36,793 nt of DNA from a bacterium (GCA_020627425.1 JAHKXX010000101.1:1-36793), one strand, 5' to 3'; shown: positions 1-8,479, counted from the first letter of the stretch. A program made the numbers and translations. Notes: a model not told the origin generated them from the sequence alone.

Positions 1-1052
1 ACCTCGTTCTTGCCGTGCGTGGGATAGATAACGGCTGTATCAAGTACTCTGCCGGTAGAATCGAGCACGGCTGTCTTGCAGCCTGTCCTGTAGCCGGGGT
101 CAAGACCTATGGTATTATAGCCCTTTACCGGCGGCTGCATCAAAAGCTGTCTGAGGTTCATGGCAAACAGCCTTATCGCCTGCTCGTCGGCTCGGTCTGT
201 TAGCTCTGATCTTATCTCGCGCTCTACCGACGGGAAGATAAGGCGCGAATAGGCGTCCGCACACGCCTGCTTTACTATTTCGGCACAGGTACCCCCTTTG
301 TTTATAAGGAGCCTGTACATTATATTAAGACATCTGTCGGGTTCTGTTTCTATGCTTACCTTTAAAATGTCCTCGCGCTCTCCTCTGTCAATAGCGAGGA
401 TGCGGTGAGAGGCTATGTTCTTTACGCTGTCGCGGTAGTTATAATAAGTGCTGTATTCGCTGTCCTTTTCGGGATCGGCAGCCTTTGATACAATACTTCC
501 GTTGAGCCTGATAATGTTTTTTATCCGCTTTCTTATCTCGACATTATCCGATATGTTTTCAGCAATTATGTCGGACGCTCCTTGCAGAGCATCTGCGACG
601 TCGGTAACGCCCTTTTCTTCATCTATGTATTTTTTTGCAAGCTCTTCGGGGTCGCCGTCTTTAAGACTCATGATCTCTTCTGCCAGAGGTTCCAGACCCT
701 TTTCCTTTGCAACGCTTGCCCTTGTCCTTCTTTTCGGGCGATAAGGTCTGTATATGTCCTCGATCTCGGCAAGGGTCTTTGCCTGTAAAAGAGCTGCGGA
801 TATTTCATCGGTCATCTTTCCCATACCGTCTATAAGAGAGTAGACCTCTTGTGTACGCTTGTCCATACCGCGAAGATATTCGAGTCTTTCACTTATGCTT
901 CTGATCGTCTGATCATCAAGGGTGCCGTGCATTTCCTTTCTGTAGCGTGCTATAAATGGAATTGTGTTTCCCTCGTCAAGCAGGTCAATTATATTCTGCG
1001 CGTACTCCTGTTTTATCTTGAATTCCTCTGAAAGTCGTTTTGCGTGTTCCAT
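1..1052 (-). CDS. tex: Tex-like transcription accessory protein (S1 RNA-binding domain protein), N-terminal ~350 codons; C-terminus lies beyond window start
   Basis: Absent from ORF track because it runs off the window edge. Reverse-strand ATG at 1050-1052 preceded by GGAGG (1057-1061). Hand translation MEHAKRLSEEFKIKQEYAQNIIDLLDEGNTIPFIARYRKEMHG ... GLDPGYRTGCKTAVLDSTGRVLDTAVIYPTHGKNE stays open to position 1 and resembles the Tex N-terminal and YqgF/RuvC-like regions. Confidence 0.85.
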   Translation of the reverse strand, partial: MEHAKRLSEEFKIKQEYAQNIIDLLDEGNTIPFIARYRKEMHGTLDDQTIRSISERLEYLRGMDKRTQEVYSLIDGMGKMTDEISAALLQAKTLAEIEDIYRPYRPKRRTRASVAKEKGLEPLAEEIMSLKDGDPEELAKKYIDEEKGVTDVADALQGASDIIAENISDNVEIRKRIKNIIRLNGSIVSKAADPEKDSEYSTYYNYRDSVKNIASHRILAIDRGEREDILKVSIETEPDRCLNIMYRLLINKGGTCAEIVKQACADAYSRLIFPSVEREIRSELTDRADEQAIRLFAMNLRQLLMQPPVKGYNTIGLDPGYRTGCKTAVLDSTGRVLDTAVIYPTHGKNE

Positions 1053-1074
1053 TTTTCCTCCGTCAGCAATGATC

Positions 1075-1818
1075 TCAGTCAAAGGGTACGACCAGAACGG
1101 TCATACCGTTTGTAACATTGAGAGTGTACTTATTATTTCCCTTTTCGTTTTTCTCGATATAATAGCTATAGTTTACCGAATCCGACGTTGCAGAGCAGAC
1201 GGGCATCATAAGTATACCGTTTTTTCTGAATACCTCTATGTTATGTACTATACCCACACCCGGAGCAGAAAACAGTGTATGCGCGGATACGTTGCTGTCA
1301 ACGACAGTGACCGTATCGCCGTCAGAAAGCTGTTCTTCGGTAAAGACCGCGTCGGTATAGGGATTCTGGATAACCGTCATAACGGCAAATACGGCAAACA
1401 GCAGAGTCAAGGCAAAGGAGAAAAGAAAATATATAGAATGGCTTTTTTCCTTTTTGCTATTAATCAGCTTTGCTGCCTTATAGCTTTTATAGAGTCCTAC
1501 ACTCATCATTATAAGCGGTACAAGATAGCACAGATAAAAATAAGCGTTAAGTATTGCGTTTGCTATTATGAACTTTATACCTGTAAATTCAAACACTATG
1601 TTTATTATAACAAACACTAAAAGCGTTATAAGCCCTGCTCTGTATAGCCTTGTTCCTTTTTTGTAGGTACTGTCCTTGTTTAGAATACTTATATCTTCTG
1701 CGGCGGCATCGCCATCCTGTCCGGAGCTTTCGGCAGGTTCTGCCGGACTTAGCTCTTTTGTGCCGTTTTCAAGCTCTGTTATTTTTTCTGTATCCATAGA
1801 ATTACACCTCTTTGTCAT
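1075..1818 (-). CDS. hypothetical membrane protein (several predicted TM helices)
   Basis: 247-aa ORF, same strand as and 22 bp upstream of tex. Hydrophobic stretches (LITLLVFVIINIVFEF, YLCYLVPLIMMSVGL, LLFAVFAVMTVI). The overlapping + strand ORF 964-1620 has Cys/Tyr-rich junk composition. Start could be the internal Met at 1797. Confidence 0.55.
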   Translation of the reverse strand: MTKRCNSMDTEKITELENGTKELSPAEPAESSGQDGDAAAEDISILNKDSTYKKGTRLYRAGLITLLVFVIINIVFEFTGIKFIIANAILNAYFYLCYLVPLIMMSVGLYKSYKAAKLINSKKEKSHSIYFLFSFALTLLFAVFAVMTVIQNPYTDAVFTEEQLSDGDTVTVVDSNVSAHTLFSAPGVGIVHNIEVFRKNGILMMPVCSATSDSVNYSYYIEKNEKGNNKYTLNVTNGMTVLVVPFD

Positions 1819-1839
1819 GTTGTGTAAGGAACTAAAGGC

Positions 1840-2631
1840 TCAGCCGTTTGAGCCGATAATAAGCTTTACGAGACTGCAAATGCCGTAGATAACGGGCTGG
1901 TGCAGTATATATACTAAAAGCGCGTGCCTGCCGAGAAAAGCAAGCGGCGGTATATGCTTTTTATAGGTAAAGGCAGGAAATTTTTTATCCGCAGCAAGCT
2001 TGCCGAAGAATCCGCCTGCAAAAAACAGGAACAGCCACGGCATAAGCGGAAAATAGTCGCTGGAAACAAAATCCTTTGACGGGAAACCCAGAGCATAGAA
2101 GATACCTGAGCTGTACCACTCCACCGGCAGCCTGAGCTGATATAAAAACGGGATACCGACATAGCCCCGTGTTATCTGTAGTGTAAAAACAAAAAGCAGG
2201 ACGTTCAGTATTATTCCTATCCACATAGGTACAAGCCCTACGACCTTTCGCAGAAGTCCGAAGGCTATCATACAGACAGCGAGCATATGCAGCACGCCGA
2301 AACGTATGACCTGATCCTCGCCGACAACCAGGAAGGTGACTACTGTCACTGCCTCGGCTATAAACAGAAGCTTGCAGCCGCGCTCAAGGTTTGAGTGACT
2401 GAGGTTTGAGGCAATGCCCGAGATCAGTATAAAGAGTCCGGCAAAAAACGGTTCTGCCGGCATAAAGAATTCTATCAGCTTCACTCCAAAGTCGAAGTTG
2501 AACAAATATCCGACGGTATAGAATGCGTGGTAGAACACCATACAAAACACAGCAAAGCCCCTTAACTCGTCAAGGGTATGTATCCTCTTTTTTTCTTTTT
2601 TTGAGGAGTTTTCTTTGGCTGCTTCCGACAT
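1840..2631 (-). CDS. DUF1624 / heparan-alpha-glucosaminide N-acetyltransferase-like membrane protein
   Basis: 263-aa polytopic ORF. N-terminal RIHTLDELRGFAVFCMVFYH is typical of the DUF1624 acyltransferase-like family. GGAGGAAG upstream of the start. Confidence 0.65.
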   Translation of the reverse strand: MSEAAKENSSKKEKKRIHTLDELRGFAVFCMVFYHAFYTVGYLFNFDFGVKLIEFFMPAEPFFAGLFILISGIASNLSHSNLERGCKLLFIAEAVTVVTFLVVGEDQVIRFGVLHMLAVCMIAFGLLRKVVGLVPMWIGIILNVLLFVFTLQITRGYVGIPFLYQLRLPVEWYSSGIFYALGFPSKDFVSSDYFPLMPWLFLFFAGGFFGKLAADKKFPAFTYKKHIPPLAFLGRHALLVYILHQPVIYGICSLVKLIIGSNG

Positions 2632-2735
2632 ATCGCTTCCTCCTTTACAGTAAATGGGCGTATGCCCACACGAATATTTATTAATCAGAATACAATCAAG
2701 CAGAATAAACGATCATACTTGATATCATTTTCAAT

Positions 2736-2766
2736 CAGCGCTAAGCGGCACCATGCCGCTACCACT
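2736..2766 (+). repeat. intergenic structured repeat, orphan fragment R0 (H1-type hairpin only)
   Basis: CAGCGCTAA + AGCGGCA-cca-TGCCGCT (2744-2760) matches the CAGCGCTAA-GCGGCxC start of hairpin H1 in R3/R11, but the rest of the unit is missing. Confidence 0.6.
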
Positions 2767-2784
2767 ACGAGTATTATTTTAACA

Positions 2785-2963
2785 GGACACACCAAGCAGA
2801 ATAGAGAAATGTACCTGCCTTAACTTCAATGCAGCACAAGCGGCACCCTGTGTGCCGCGACGCGGACAAAGATGGACAATAAACCCAGCCTGTACGCGTG
2901 CCAATTTAGTAGGCGGCAACACCAACTACAGTGCGCGAATTGCCACCGGCGGCTCGCCGGTGC
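2785..2963 (+). repeat. intergenic structured repeat R1 (short unit: linker+H1+core+H2), P-ward orientation on +
   Basis: Linker GGACACACCAAGCAGAATAGAGAAATGTACC. H1 GCGGCAC-cctgt-GTGCCGC (2840-2858). Core GCGGACAAAGATGGACAATAAACCCAGCCTGTACGCGTGCCAA ... ACAGTGCGCGAATTG. H2 CACCGGCG-gct-CGCCGGTG (2944-2962). TTGACG follows at 2964. Confidence 0.85.
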
Positions 2964-2993
2964 TTGACGGGGGTAGGCACGCTGCTTTATAAT
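2964..2993 (+). promoter_or_regulatory. sigma-A-type promoter abutting R1, drives the thioesterase-recD2-comF operon
   Basis: TTGACG (2964-2969), 18-nt G-rich spacer GGGGTAGGCACGCTGCTT, TATAAT (2988-2993); 45 nt upstream of the ATG at 3039. Confidence 0.7.
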
Positions 2994-3038
2994 TATATCA
3001 GTAAATTTGATTATAATCAAGATAAGGGAGAGAGCAAA

Positions 3039-3434
3039 ATGAAAGAGCTTCAGATAGGTATGAAAAATATAATGACGGAGACAGTCGATCAGAATAATAC
3101 AGCCGAGAGTGTCGGAAGCGGCACTCTGCCCGTGTATGCTACTCCGGCTGTTGCTGCACTTGCGGAGGGAGCGGCATATAAGCTGATAGAACCGTACCTT
3201 TCACAGGGGATAACAAGCGTCGGTACAAAAATAAACGTCGAACATATCGCCGCAAGCAGTATAGGAGCCGAGATAACGGCAGAAGCCGTTCTCAGGGAAT
3301 TTGACGGCAGAAAATACTGCTTCGATATAACCGTAAGCGATAATGCCGGTGTTGTGGCAAAAATTTATCACGAGAGATTTACCGTAAAGAAGGATAAATT
3401 CCTTATAAAAGCAGAACAAAGAGGTATACAGTAA
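3039..3434 (+). CDS. hotdog-fold thioesterase family protein
   Basis: Track ORF 2931-3434 trimmed to the ATG at 3039, preceded by AAGGGAGAGAG (3024-3034); the upstream part of that ORF lies in repeat R1 and the promoter. 131 aa, GSGTLPVYATPAVAALAEGAA ... small thioesterase-like sequence. Confidence 0.65.
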   Translation: MKELQIGMKNIMTETVDQNNTAESVGSGTLPVYATPAVAALAEGAAYKLIEPYLSQGITSVGTKINVEHIAASSIGAEITAEAVLREFDGRKYCFDITVSDNAGVVAKIYHERFTVKKDKFLIKAEQRGIQ

Positions 3435-3473
3435 AAAATGCTGTGTGTATAGTTGATCAATAGTGGTGAGATA

Positions 3474-5675
3474 ATGGAAGAAAGGCAGTTGCTGGAGCTG
3501 AAAGGCTCTGTCGAGGAAATAATCTATAGAAACGAAAACAACGGCTACTCAGTGCTTAATGTTCTGTGTGACGGGATAAATACTACCGCCGTGGGAAATA
3601 TGTCCGATGTAAGCGTGGGCGATGAACTGAGACTTGTGGGAAACTGGAAAAACCACCCAAGCTATGGAGAACAGTTTTCGTTTGAATACTATGAGCAGTT
3701 TATGCCCTCAACCGGCGAAAGCGTGCTTAAATACCTTTCATCGGGCACAATAAAGGGTATAGGCAGGGCTACCGCAAAAAGACTCGTGGACGCATTCGGC
3801 GAAAACACACTGGAGGTTATGCGGGATGAGCCTATGCGGCTTGTGGAAATAAAAGGAATATCCGAAGCAAAGGCAATGGCATTGTCCGAAGAGGTAAGAA
3901 AAAGCTTCGGTATGCGTGAGGTCATGGTCTACCTGGAAAAATTCAAGATCTCTGCGCGTGAGGCTGTAAGAGTCTGGAAGGCTCTCGGTACCGGGGCTGT
4001 CGCACTGATAGAAGAAAACCCGTATATCCTCTGTTCAAATAATATTGATATTCCCTTTGACCGCGCAGATATGATAGCGGCTTCATTCGACAAGCCAGAG
4101 GACGACGCTTTTCGTATAAGAGCAGGAATATACTATATAATCAGCTATAACTGCGGCAATGGTCATACATGCCTGCCGAGGGAAAAGCTTATAAAAGTGT
4201 GCGCGGATTATCTGAAGCTGCCAAATGAGCTTATTGAGGATATACTTGCACAGATGCTGATAGACGGTACACTGATATGCGATACTATAGACAACAGGGA
4301 ATTTGTTTTTATTCCGGAAATGTACCGCAGTGAGACATATGCCGCAGACAGACTTTTAATGCTGCTTAAATTTCCTCCTCAAAGCATACCCGGAGGCAGA
4401 CTGGCTCTGGAAGCCTTTGAAAAACAGCAGGGTATAAGCTATGCTACTCTGCAAAGACAGGCAATAACAGAGGCTCTGTCGAACGGCTTGCTTATACTTA
4501 CGGGCGGTCCCGGTACGGGAAAAACAACAACACTGAACGCTATTATTTCTCTGTTTATGCAAAGCGGTCTGAAGGTGCTGTTGGCGGCGCCTACGGGCAG
4601 GGCGGCTCAGCGTATGTCACAGGTGACCGGGCAGGACGCAAAAACCATTCACCGCCTGCTGGAGGTAGAGTGGGACAAAAACGACAGACCTGTATTCAAA
4701 AGAAACGACAGAAACCTGCTTGACTGCGACGCACTGATAATCGACGAGCTGTCTATGGTGGATGTTTCACTTTTCGAGGGAGTTATGCGCGCGCTGCCGC
4801 CCGGATGCCGGCTGATCATGGTCGGCGACAGCGATCAGCTGCCGAGTGTAGGAGCAGGAAATGTACTGGGGGATCTTATCGCATCGGGAAAAATACCCGT
4901 AGTACAGCTTACCGAGATATTCCGTCAATCAATGAAAAGTCTTATCGTAACAAATGCGCACAAGATAGTTCATGGCGAGATGCCCGAGATACGGCGAACG
5001 GACAGCGACTTCTTCTTTATGACCTGTGACAGCAGGGAAAGGATCTCCTCGGTCATTGTAGAGCTTTGCTCTGTACGGCTGCCGAAAACCTACGGTTTTT
5101 CGAGTTTTGAAAATATTCAGGTCCTATGCCCCGGCAGAAAAGGCGCACTCGGCGTGACAGAGCTGAACAAGGCGCTGCAGTCTGCTCTTAACCCTCAGGA
5201 CAAAAGCAAGCCTCAGCTTGTACTGCCGAATTACACCTTCAGAGTCGGCGACAAGGTAATGCAGACGAAGAACAATTATGAGCTTCTGTGGATAAAGTCC
5301 GACGGCAGCGAGGGTGCCGGAGTATACAACGGAGACATAGGTATAGTAGAGCATATAGACAAACTCTCAAAAAGCGCAATTATACGCTATGATGACAGAA
5401 GGGTAGTGTATGATACGGAGTCTTTACAAAACGTAGAGCTTGCATATGCGACCACCGTACACAAAAGTCAAGGCAACGAGTTTGACGCCGTTATAATGCC
5501 TATGTACTACGGTTCTCCAAGACTATACTACAGAAATCTTTTATACACTGCCGTAACGAGGGCGAAGAAAATGCTCATACTTGTCGGAAATGCTCCGACT
5601 CTCAGAAAAATGGTAGAAAACAACAAAAAGACCCTGCGTTACTCGGGGCTGAGAGCTTTTCTGGAAAGAGAATGA
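3474..5675 (+). CDS. recD2: ATP-dependent RecD-like DNA helicase (RecD2, SF1)
   Basis: Walker A GGPGTGKTT, DELSMVD, VGDSDQLPSVGAG and TVHKSQGNEFD motifs; N-terminal OB/HhH-like region. ATG at 3474 after GGTGAG preferred over the TTG at 3453. Confidence 0.9.
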   Translation: MEERQLLELKGSVEEIIYRNENNGYSVLNVLCDGINTTAVGNMSDVSVGDELRLVGNWKNHPSYGEQFSFEYYEQFMPSTGESVLKYLSSGTIKGIGRATAKRLVDAFGENTLEVMRDEPMRLVEIKGISEAKAMALSEEVRKSFGMREVMVYLEKFKISAREAVRVWKALGTGAVALIEENPYILCSNNIDIPFDRADMIAASFDKPEDDAFRIRAGIYYIISYNCGNGHTCLPREKLIKVCADYLKLPNELIEDILAQMLIDGTLICDTIDNREFVFIPEMYRSETYAADRLLMLLKFPPQSIPGGRLALEAFEKQQGISYATLQRQAITEALSNGLLILTGGPGTGKTTTLNAIISLFMQSGLKVLLAAPTGRAAQRMSQVTGQDAKTIHRLLEVEWDKNDRPVFKRNDRNLLDCDALIIDELSMVDVSLFEGVMRALPPGCRLIMVGDSDQLPSVGAGNVLGDLIASGKIPVVQLTEIFRQSMKSLIVTNAHKIVHGEMPEIRRTDSDFFFMTCDSRERISSVIVELCSVRLPKTYGFSSFENIQVLCPGRKGALGVTELNKALQSALNPQDKSKPQLVLPNYTFRVGDKVMQTKNNYELLWIKSDGSEGAGVYNGDIGIVEHIDKLSKSAIIRYDDRRVVYDTESLQNVELAYATTVHKSQGNEFDAVIMPMYYGSPRLYYRNLLYTAVTRAKKMLILVGNAPTLRKMVENNKKTLRYSGLRAFLERE

Positions 5676-6361
5676 CTGAATCTATGAACAGGCTTACAGA
5701 AACCGTATTATCATTTATTATGCCAAGCCGCTGTCCCTTTTGCGGAAAAAGGATAGCCTACGACGAGAGCGAGTGCAGCAATTGCCGCTCGTTTTTTCCG
5801 AAGGACATAAAAAGAAAGGCGCTCCCGACAGGCGAAGAATGCTTTTATCCGTTCTACTACGAGAGCAGGTACAAGGACGCTATGCTTGCTCTGAAGTTCA
5901 AGGGTATGCGATACTATGCCGTCAGCTTTGCAAAGGCTATGACAGGATGTGCAAAAAGAGCCTATGGTGAATATCATATAGATATGATAACCTATGTGCC
6001 TATGTCGGGAAAAAAGAAGCTGCTGCGCGGATACAACCAGTCAAAGCTTCTTGCCGACATTATCGCCCGTGAGCTTTCGGTACCCTGTTGCAGTACACTA
6101 TACAAAAACCCGAAAACTCCCGAACAGCACAAGCTATCAAAGGAAGAGCGGGAGCAAAACGTCCGCGGCGCTTTCTCTCTGAAATACAGCGGTTCTCTTG
6201 ACGGCAAAGTCGTTTTACTTATTGACGACATTATCACCACCGGAAACACCCTATCCGAATGCACTCGTTTACTCCGCTGCGCCGGCGCCCACCCCCTTCC
6301 CCTCTGCGCCACGGGCAGCGCCGGCGGAGTGCCTCCGCAGTCGATTCGCGCCGGCGAGTGA
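5672..6361 (+). CDS. comFC: ComF family protein (phosphoribosyltransferase-like, competence ComFC type)
   Basis: ATGA start/stop overlap with recD2. N-terminal Cys4 finger CPFCG...CSNCR and PRTase motif VLLIDDIITTGNTL. The last ~15-25 codons run into repeat R2 (see findings). Confidence 0.85.
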   Translation: MTESMNRLTETVLSFIMPSRCPFCGKRIAYDESECSNCRSFFPKDIKRKALPTGEECFYPFYYESRYKDAMLALKFKGMRYYAVSFAKAMTGCAKRAYGEYHIDMITYVPMSGKKKLLRGYNQSKLLADIIARELSVPCCSTLYKNPKTPEQHKLSKEEREQNVRGAFSLKYSGSLDGKVVLLIDDIITTGNTLSECTRLLRCAGAHPLPLCATGSAGGVPPQSIRAGE

Positions 6362-6500
6362 GTGTTACCGCATACCTTGTTGGCACGCGGTCGGGTTGGT
6401 CTTATTATACCTCTCAGTCCGCGCCGTGCCGTACAGGACGGCACTTGACGCTGCTATAAAGTGACGGCGAGTATATTTGTCTATTCTGTTTATTGTCTCC
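6315..6500 (-). repeat. intergenic structured repeat R2 (short unit, tail-less arm of dimer R2/R3), P-ward on -
   Basis: + strand reads GCGGAG-tgc-CTCCGC (6324-6338), AGTCGATTCGCGCC, TTGGCACGCGG, CTTATTATACCTCTCAGTCCGCG, H1 GTGCCGT-acagg-ACGGCAC (6426-6444), then linker ...GTCTATTCTGTTTATTGTCTCC ending at 6500. Overlaps the comF 3' end. Confidence 0.85.
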
Positions 6501-6836
6501 GACTTTTAAAATTTACTGAAGACTGAAAACTTAAAACTGAATATTTAAAAATGATAGTCAGAAACTCACATTATACTCGCTGTACTGTTTTTCGGAGACA
6601 ATGAGCAGAGTAGAAAAGTATACTCGCCTCCACAATAAACCAGCGCTAAGCGGCGCGTAAGCGCCGTGACACGGACAAAAAGGTATAATAAACCCGGCTC
6701 GTACGCGTGCCAAAAAAGTCGGCGATAAAAACAACTACAGTGCGCGTGTTGACCGCGCAGGCACTGCGCCGCGTGCCAAGAAGGTAAGCGGTAACATAAA
6801 CCACAGTGCGCGAGTCGACAGCCCGGGCACCGGGCA
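6501..6836 (+). repeat. intergenic structured repeat R3 (full unit with AT-rich tail; internal module duplication), P-ward on +
   Basis: Tail GACTTTTAAAATTTACTGAAGAC...CTCACATTATACTCGCTGTACTGTTTTTC, linker GGAGACAATGAGCAGAGTAGAAAAGTATACTCGCC. H1 CGGCGC-gtaa-GCGCCG (6651-6666). Core ...AATAAACCCGGCTCGTACGCGTGCCAA...ACAGTGCGCG (6705-6746), repeated at 6771-6812. H2 hairpins GCGCAG-gca-CTGCGC (6755-6769) and GCCCGG-gca-CCGGGC (6821-6835). Confidence 0.9.
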
Positions 6837-6843
6837 TTTTTTT
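6821..6843 (+). terminator. intrinsic-terminator-like hairpin forming the last H2 of R3 (likely end of the recD2-comF transcript and/or of a repeat transcript)
   Basis: GCCCGG-gca-CCGGGC followed by A + T7 (6837-6843). Confidence 0.5.
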
Positions 6844-6852
6844 GGAATAATG

Positions 6853-6881
6853 TTGAAAAATCAGACATAATATTGTAGAAT
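6853..6881 (+). promoter_or_regulatory. sigma-A-type promoter for the GNAT gene (not G-rich, outside the repeat)
   Basis: TTGAAA (6853-6858), 17-nt AT-rich spacer, TAGAAT (6876-6881). Confidence 0.6.
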
Positions 6882-6924
6882 AGTAGTTGACTCATATAGG
6901 TCATATATTTAAGGAGGGATATAT

Positions 6925-7773
6925 ATGGCATCAAAATTTGATCTGATCAAGGGAACAGACGATATTTTTAAAAATCCTGAGTATATTTCGGATTCCGTTG
7001 TGTTCAATTCTATAGAGTCGGCGAGGAACGAGGACGAGTATAAAATGTACTCCGACCATAGGAGCGTAATAATCTCTACTTCCGAAACCGGCAACAGAGT
7101 TTGGATATGGACATCGTCCTCCATAAAGAACAACACGGATAAGCTTATAGATATTTGCCGCTTTTTGCGCGACCTGAATATACCAAAGGTGGAGATATAC
7201 CTGAAGCAGGATGTTTCCGGCAATTTCTCCGATCTGTACGCACTGGCAACACTGGAGATAAACTATATCGTAAAGGACGAGTTTTCTCTCGGGGTTTATA
7301 CCTATAAGGGCGATAAGATAACGGATACAAATATCATTGTACCTGATGAGGATGAAAAGATAATTCTCATTGACAAAACCAATAAAGAGCATATAGCGCT
7401 TGTAACGGATTTCTATAAGGATTGCTGTGAGGAGTTTCGCTGGCAGGAAAAATTCGAGCGTAAGGTTCAGGAATATCTAAATATGGAAATGTACGCCCTT
7501 GTAAAGGACGGCAAAATGATAGCAAACGCCGCTATCGGCAGCCCTACAGAGAAATACCTGCGCATCAAGTCTATAGCTGTCCTCAAAAACGAGCGCCAAA
7601 AGGGCTATGGCTACAAGATGTGCGCCTTTGCAGTTAATAAAATACTGAAAAAGGGTACACAGCCTATGCTGTATACCCATGTCGGCAATTCCGCCGCTAT
7701 GGCACTATGGAAAAAGACCGGATTTAAGGAGCATAACAGACTCTGTCTGCTGAAAATCGAAGAGGATAACTGA
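6925..7773 (+). CDS. GNAT family N-acetyltransferase with an N-terminal domain of unknown function
   Basis: AGGAGGG RBS at 6912-6918. C-terminal acetyl-CoA motif RQKGYGYKM and ...AAMALWKKTGFKE. Confidence 0.7.
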   Translation: MASKFDLIKGTDDIFKNPEYISDSVVFNSIESARNEDEYKMYSDHRSVIISTSETGNRVWIWTSSSIKNNTDKLIDICRFLRDLNIPKVEIYLKQDVSGNFSDLYALATLEINYIVKDEFSLGVYTYKGDKITDTNIIVPDEDEKIILIDKTNKEHIALVTDFYKDCCEEFRWQEKFERKVQEYLNMEMYALVKDGKMIANAAIGSPTEKYLRIKSIAVLKNERQKGYGYKMCAFAVNKILKKGTQPMLYTHVGNSAAMALWKKTGFKEHNRLCLLKIEEDN

Positions 7774-7851
7774 TAACCGTAAAGTAAGCCTGCGGCTTGC
7801 CTTTGCTTGCCCCAAGCAACGCTTTTAATTATCCGTCAGGTACTATCCATA

Positions 7852-7880
7852 CAAAAAAAGCCCCGATGTGGGGCTTTTTT
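7852..7880. terminator. bidirectional rho-independent terminator between the convergent GNAT and S-component genes
   Basis: A7-GCCCC-gatgt-GGGGC-T6. Confidence 0.8.
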
Positions 7881-7887
7881 ATTTATT

Positions 7888-8403
7888 TCATTTTTTTAAT
7901 GTTTTCTTTATTACACCCGTTTTGTCAAGGGCAAGTCCTAAAAATACAAACAGAGCGCTGCTTGCAACTGACTGGATGCAGTTTGTAGGTATATCGGCTA
8001 CGGGACTTATAAAGCTGCCATAGATAAGAGAGGCAAACAGATAATAACCACCGACACAAATAATAAACCCGATAATAAGCGCGACAATGTTTCTTTTATT
8101 GATTATTTTTTCTTTTTTTGAAGTAAAGCAAAGCACTGTCAGCGATTTTATTATTACCGTCGGCAGTACCCATACTGCAAAGCCCGAAATATAATCCGAC
8201 AGTCCTGCTCCTATTGCGGACGCTGCTATAGCATAAGGGAGCGGAAGTATTGACGCGGCAATATATATAATTCCGTCGCCTATATGTATATAGCCCTGTG
8301 CCGTGGGTATATGCAGAAACGCCGTGAGAACAAATACCAGAGCTGCCATTGCTGCGGCTGTTACCATATACCTTACATTATCCTGATTCTTTCTGCGTTC
8401 CAT
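7888..8403 (-). CDS. small polytopic membrane protein, ECF-transporter S-component-like (substrate unknown)
   Basis: 171 aa, 5-6 TM helices; the HIPTAQGYIHIGDGIIY region resembles vitamin/precursor S components. No riboswitch recognised upstream. Confidence 0.5.
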   Translation of the reverse strand: MERRKNQDNVRYMVTAAAMAALVFVLTAFLHIPTAQGYIHIGDGIIYIAASILPLPYAIAASAIGAGLSDYISGFAVWVLPTVIIKSLTVLCFTSKKEKIINKRNIVALIIGFIICVGGYYLFASLIYGSFISPVADIPTNCIQSVASSALFVFLGLALDKTGVIKKTLKK

Positions 8404-8429
8404 TTTTCATCCTACCTTTCTCTCTAAAA

Positions 8430-8479
8430 CAAAAAAATCCTGTAATATCGGCGGCATAAAAGCGCGGACATTGCAGGAT
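8430..8479 (-). terminator. probable terminator after the acidic-tail membrane protein gene
   Basis: Reverse strand: ATCCTGCAAT ... ATTACAGGAT (10-bp stem, 1 mismatch, 23-nt loop) followed by T7. Confidence 0.45.

Noticed and set aside
964-1620. 218-aa + strand ORF overlapping the 1075-1818 reverse-strand gene.
   Set aside because: Its composition is Cys/Tyr/His-rich and junk-like, and it is antisense to a membrane-protein ORF that sits in an operon-like arrangement with tex. Part of it is also antisense to the tex start.
6259-6837. Small ORFs lying inside repeat copies that give similar peptides (..LALSNSRT..GTRTSRVY..PSASRR..). Examples are 6259-6459 (+), 6646-6837 (-), 11456-11773 (+), 16594-16845 (+), 16924-17238 (-), 21185-21421 (+), 25165-25532 (-) and 29461-30059 (-).
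   Set aside because: The peptide similarity only mirrors nucleotide conservation. Copies differ by 1-nt and other non-triplet indels, for example 26 versus 27 nt between GCGCAC and the GGCACGCG/AGCACGCG motif in R4 versus R7, so no frame is conserved. Start codons and RBS are inconsistent or absent. Variation is concentrated in compensatory stem changes, not at third codon positions.
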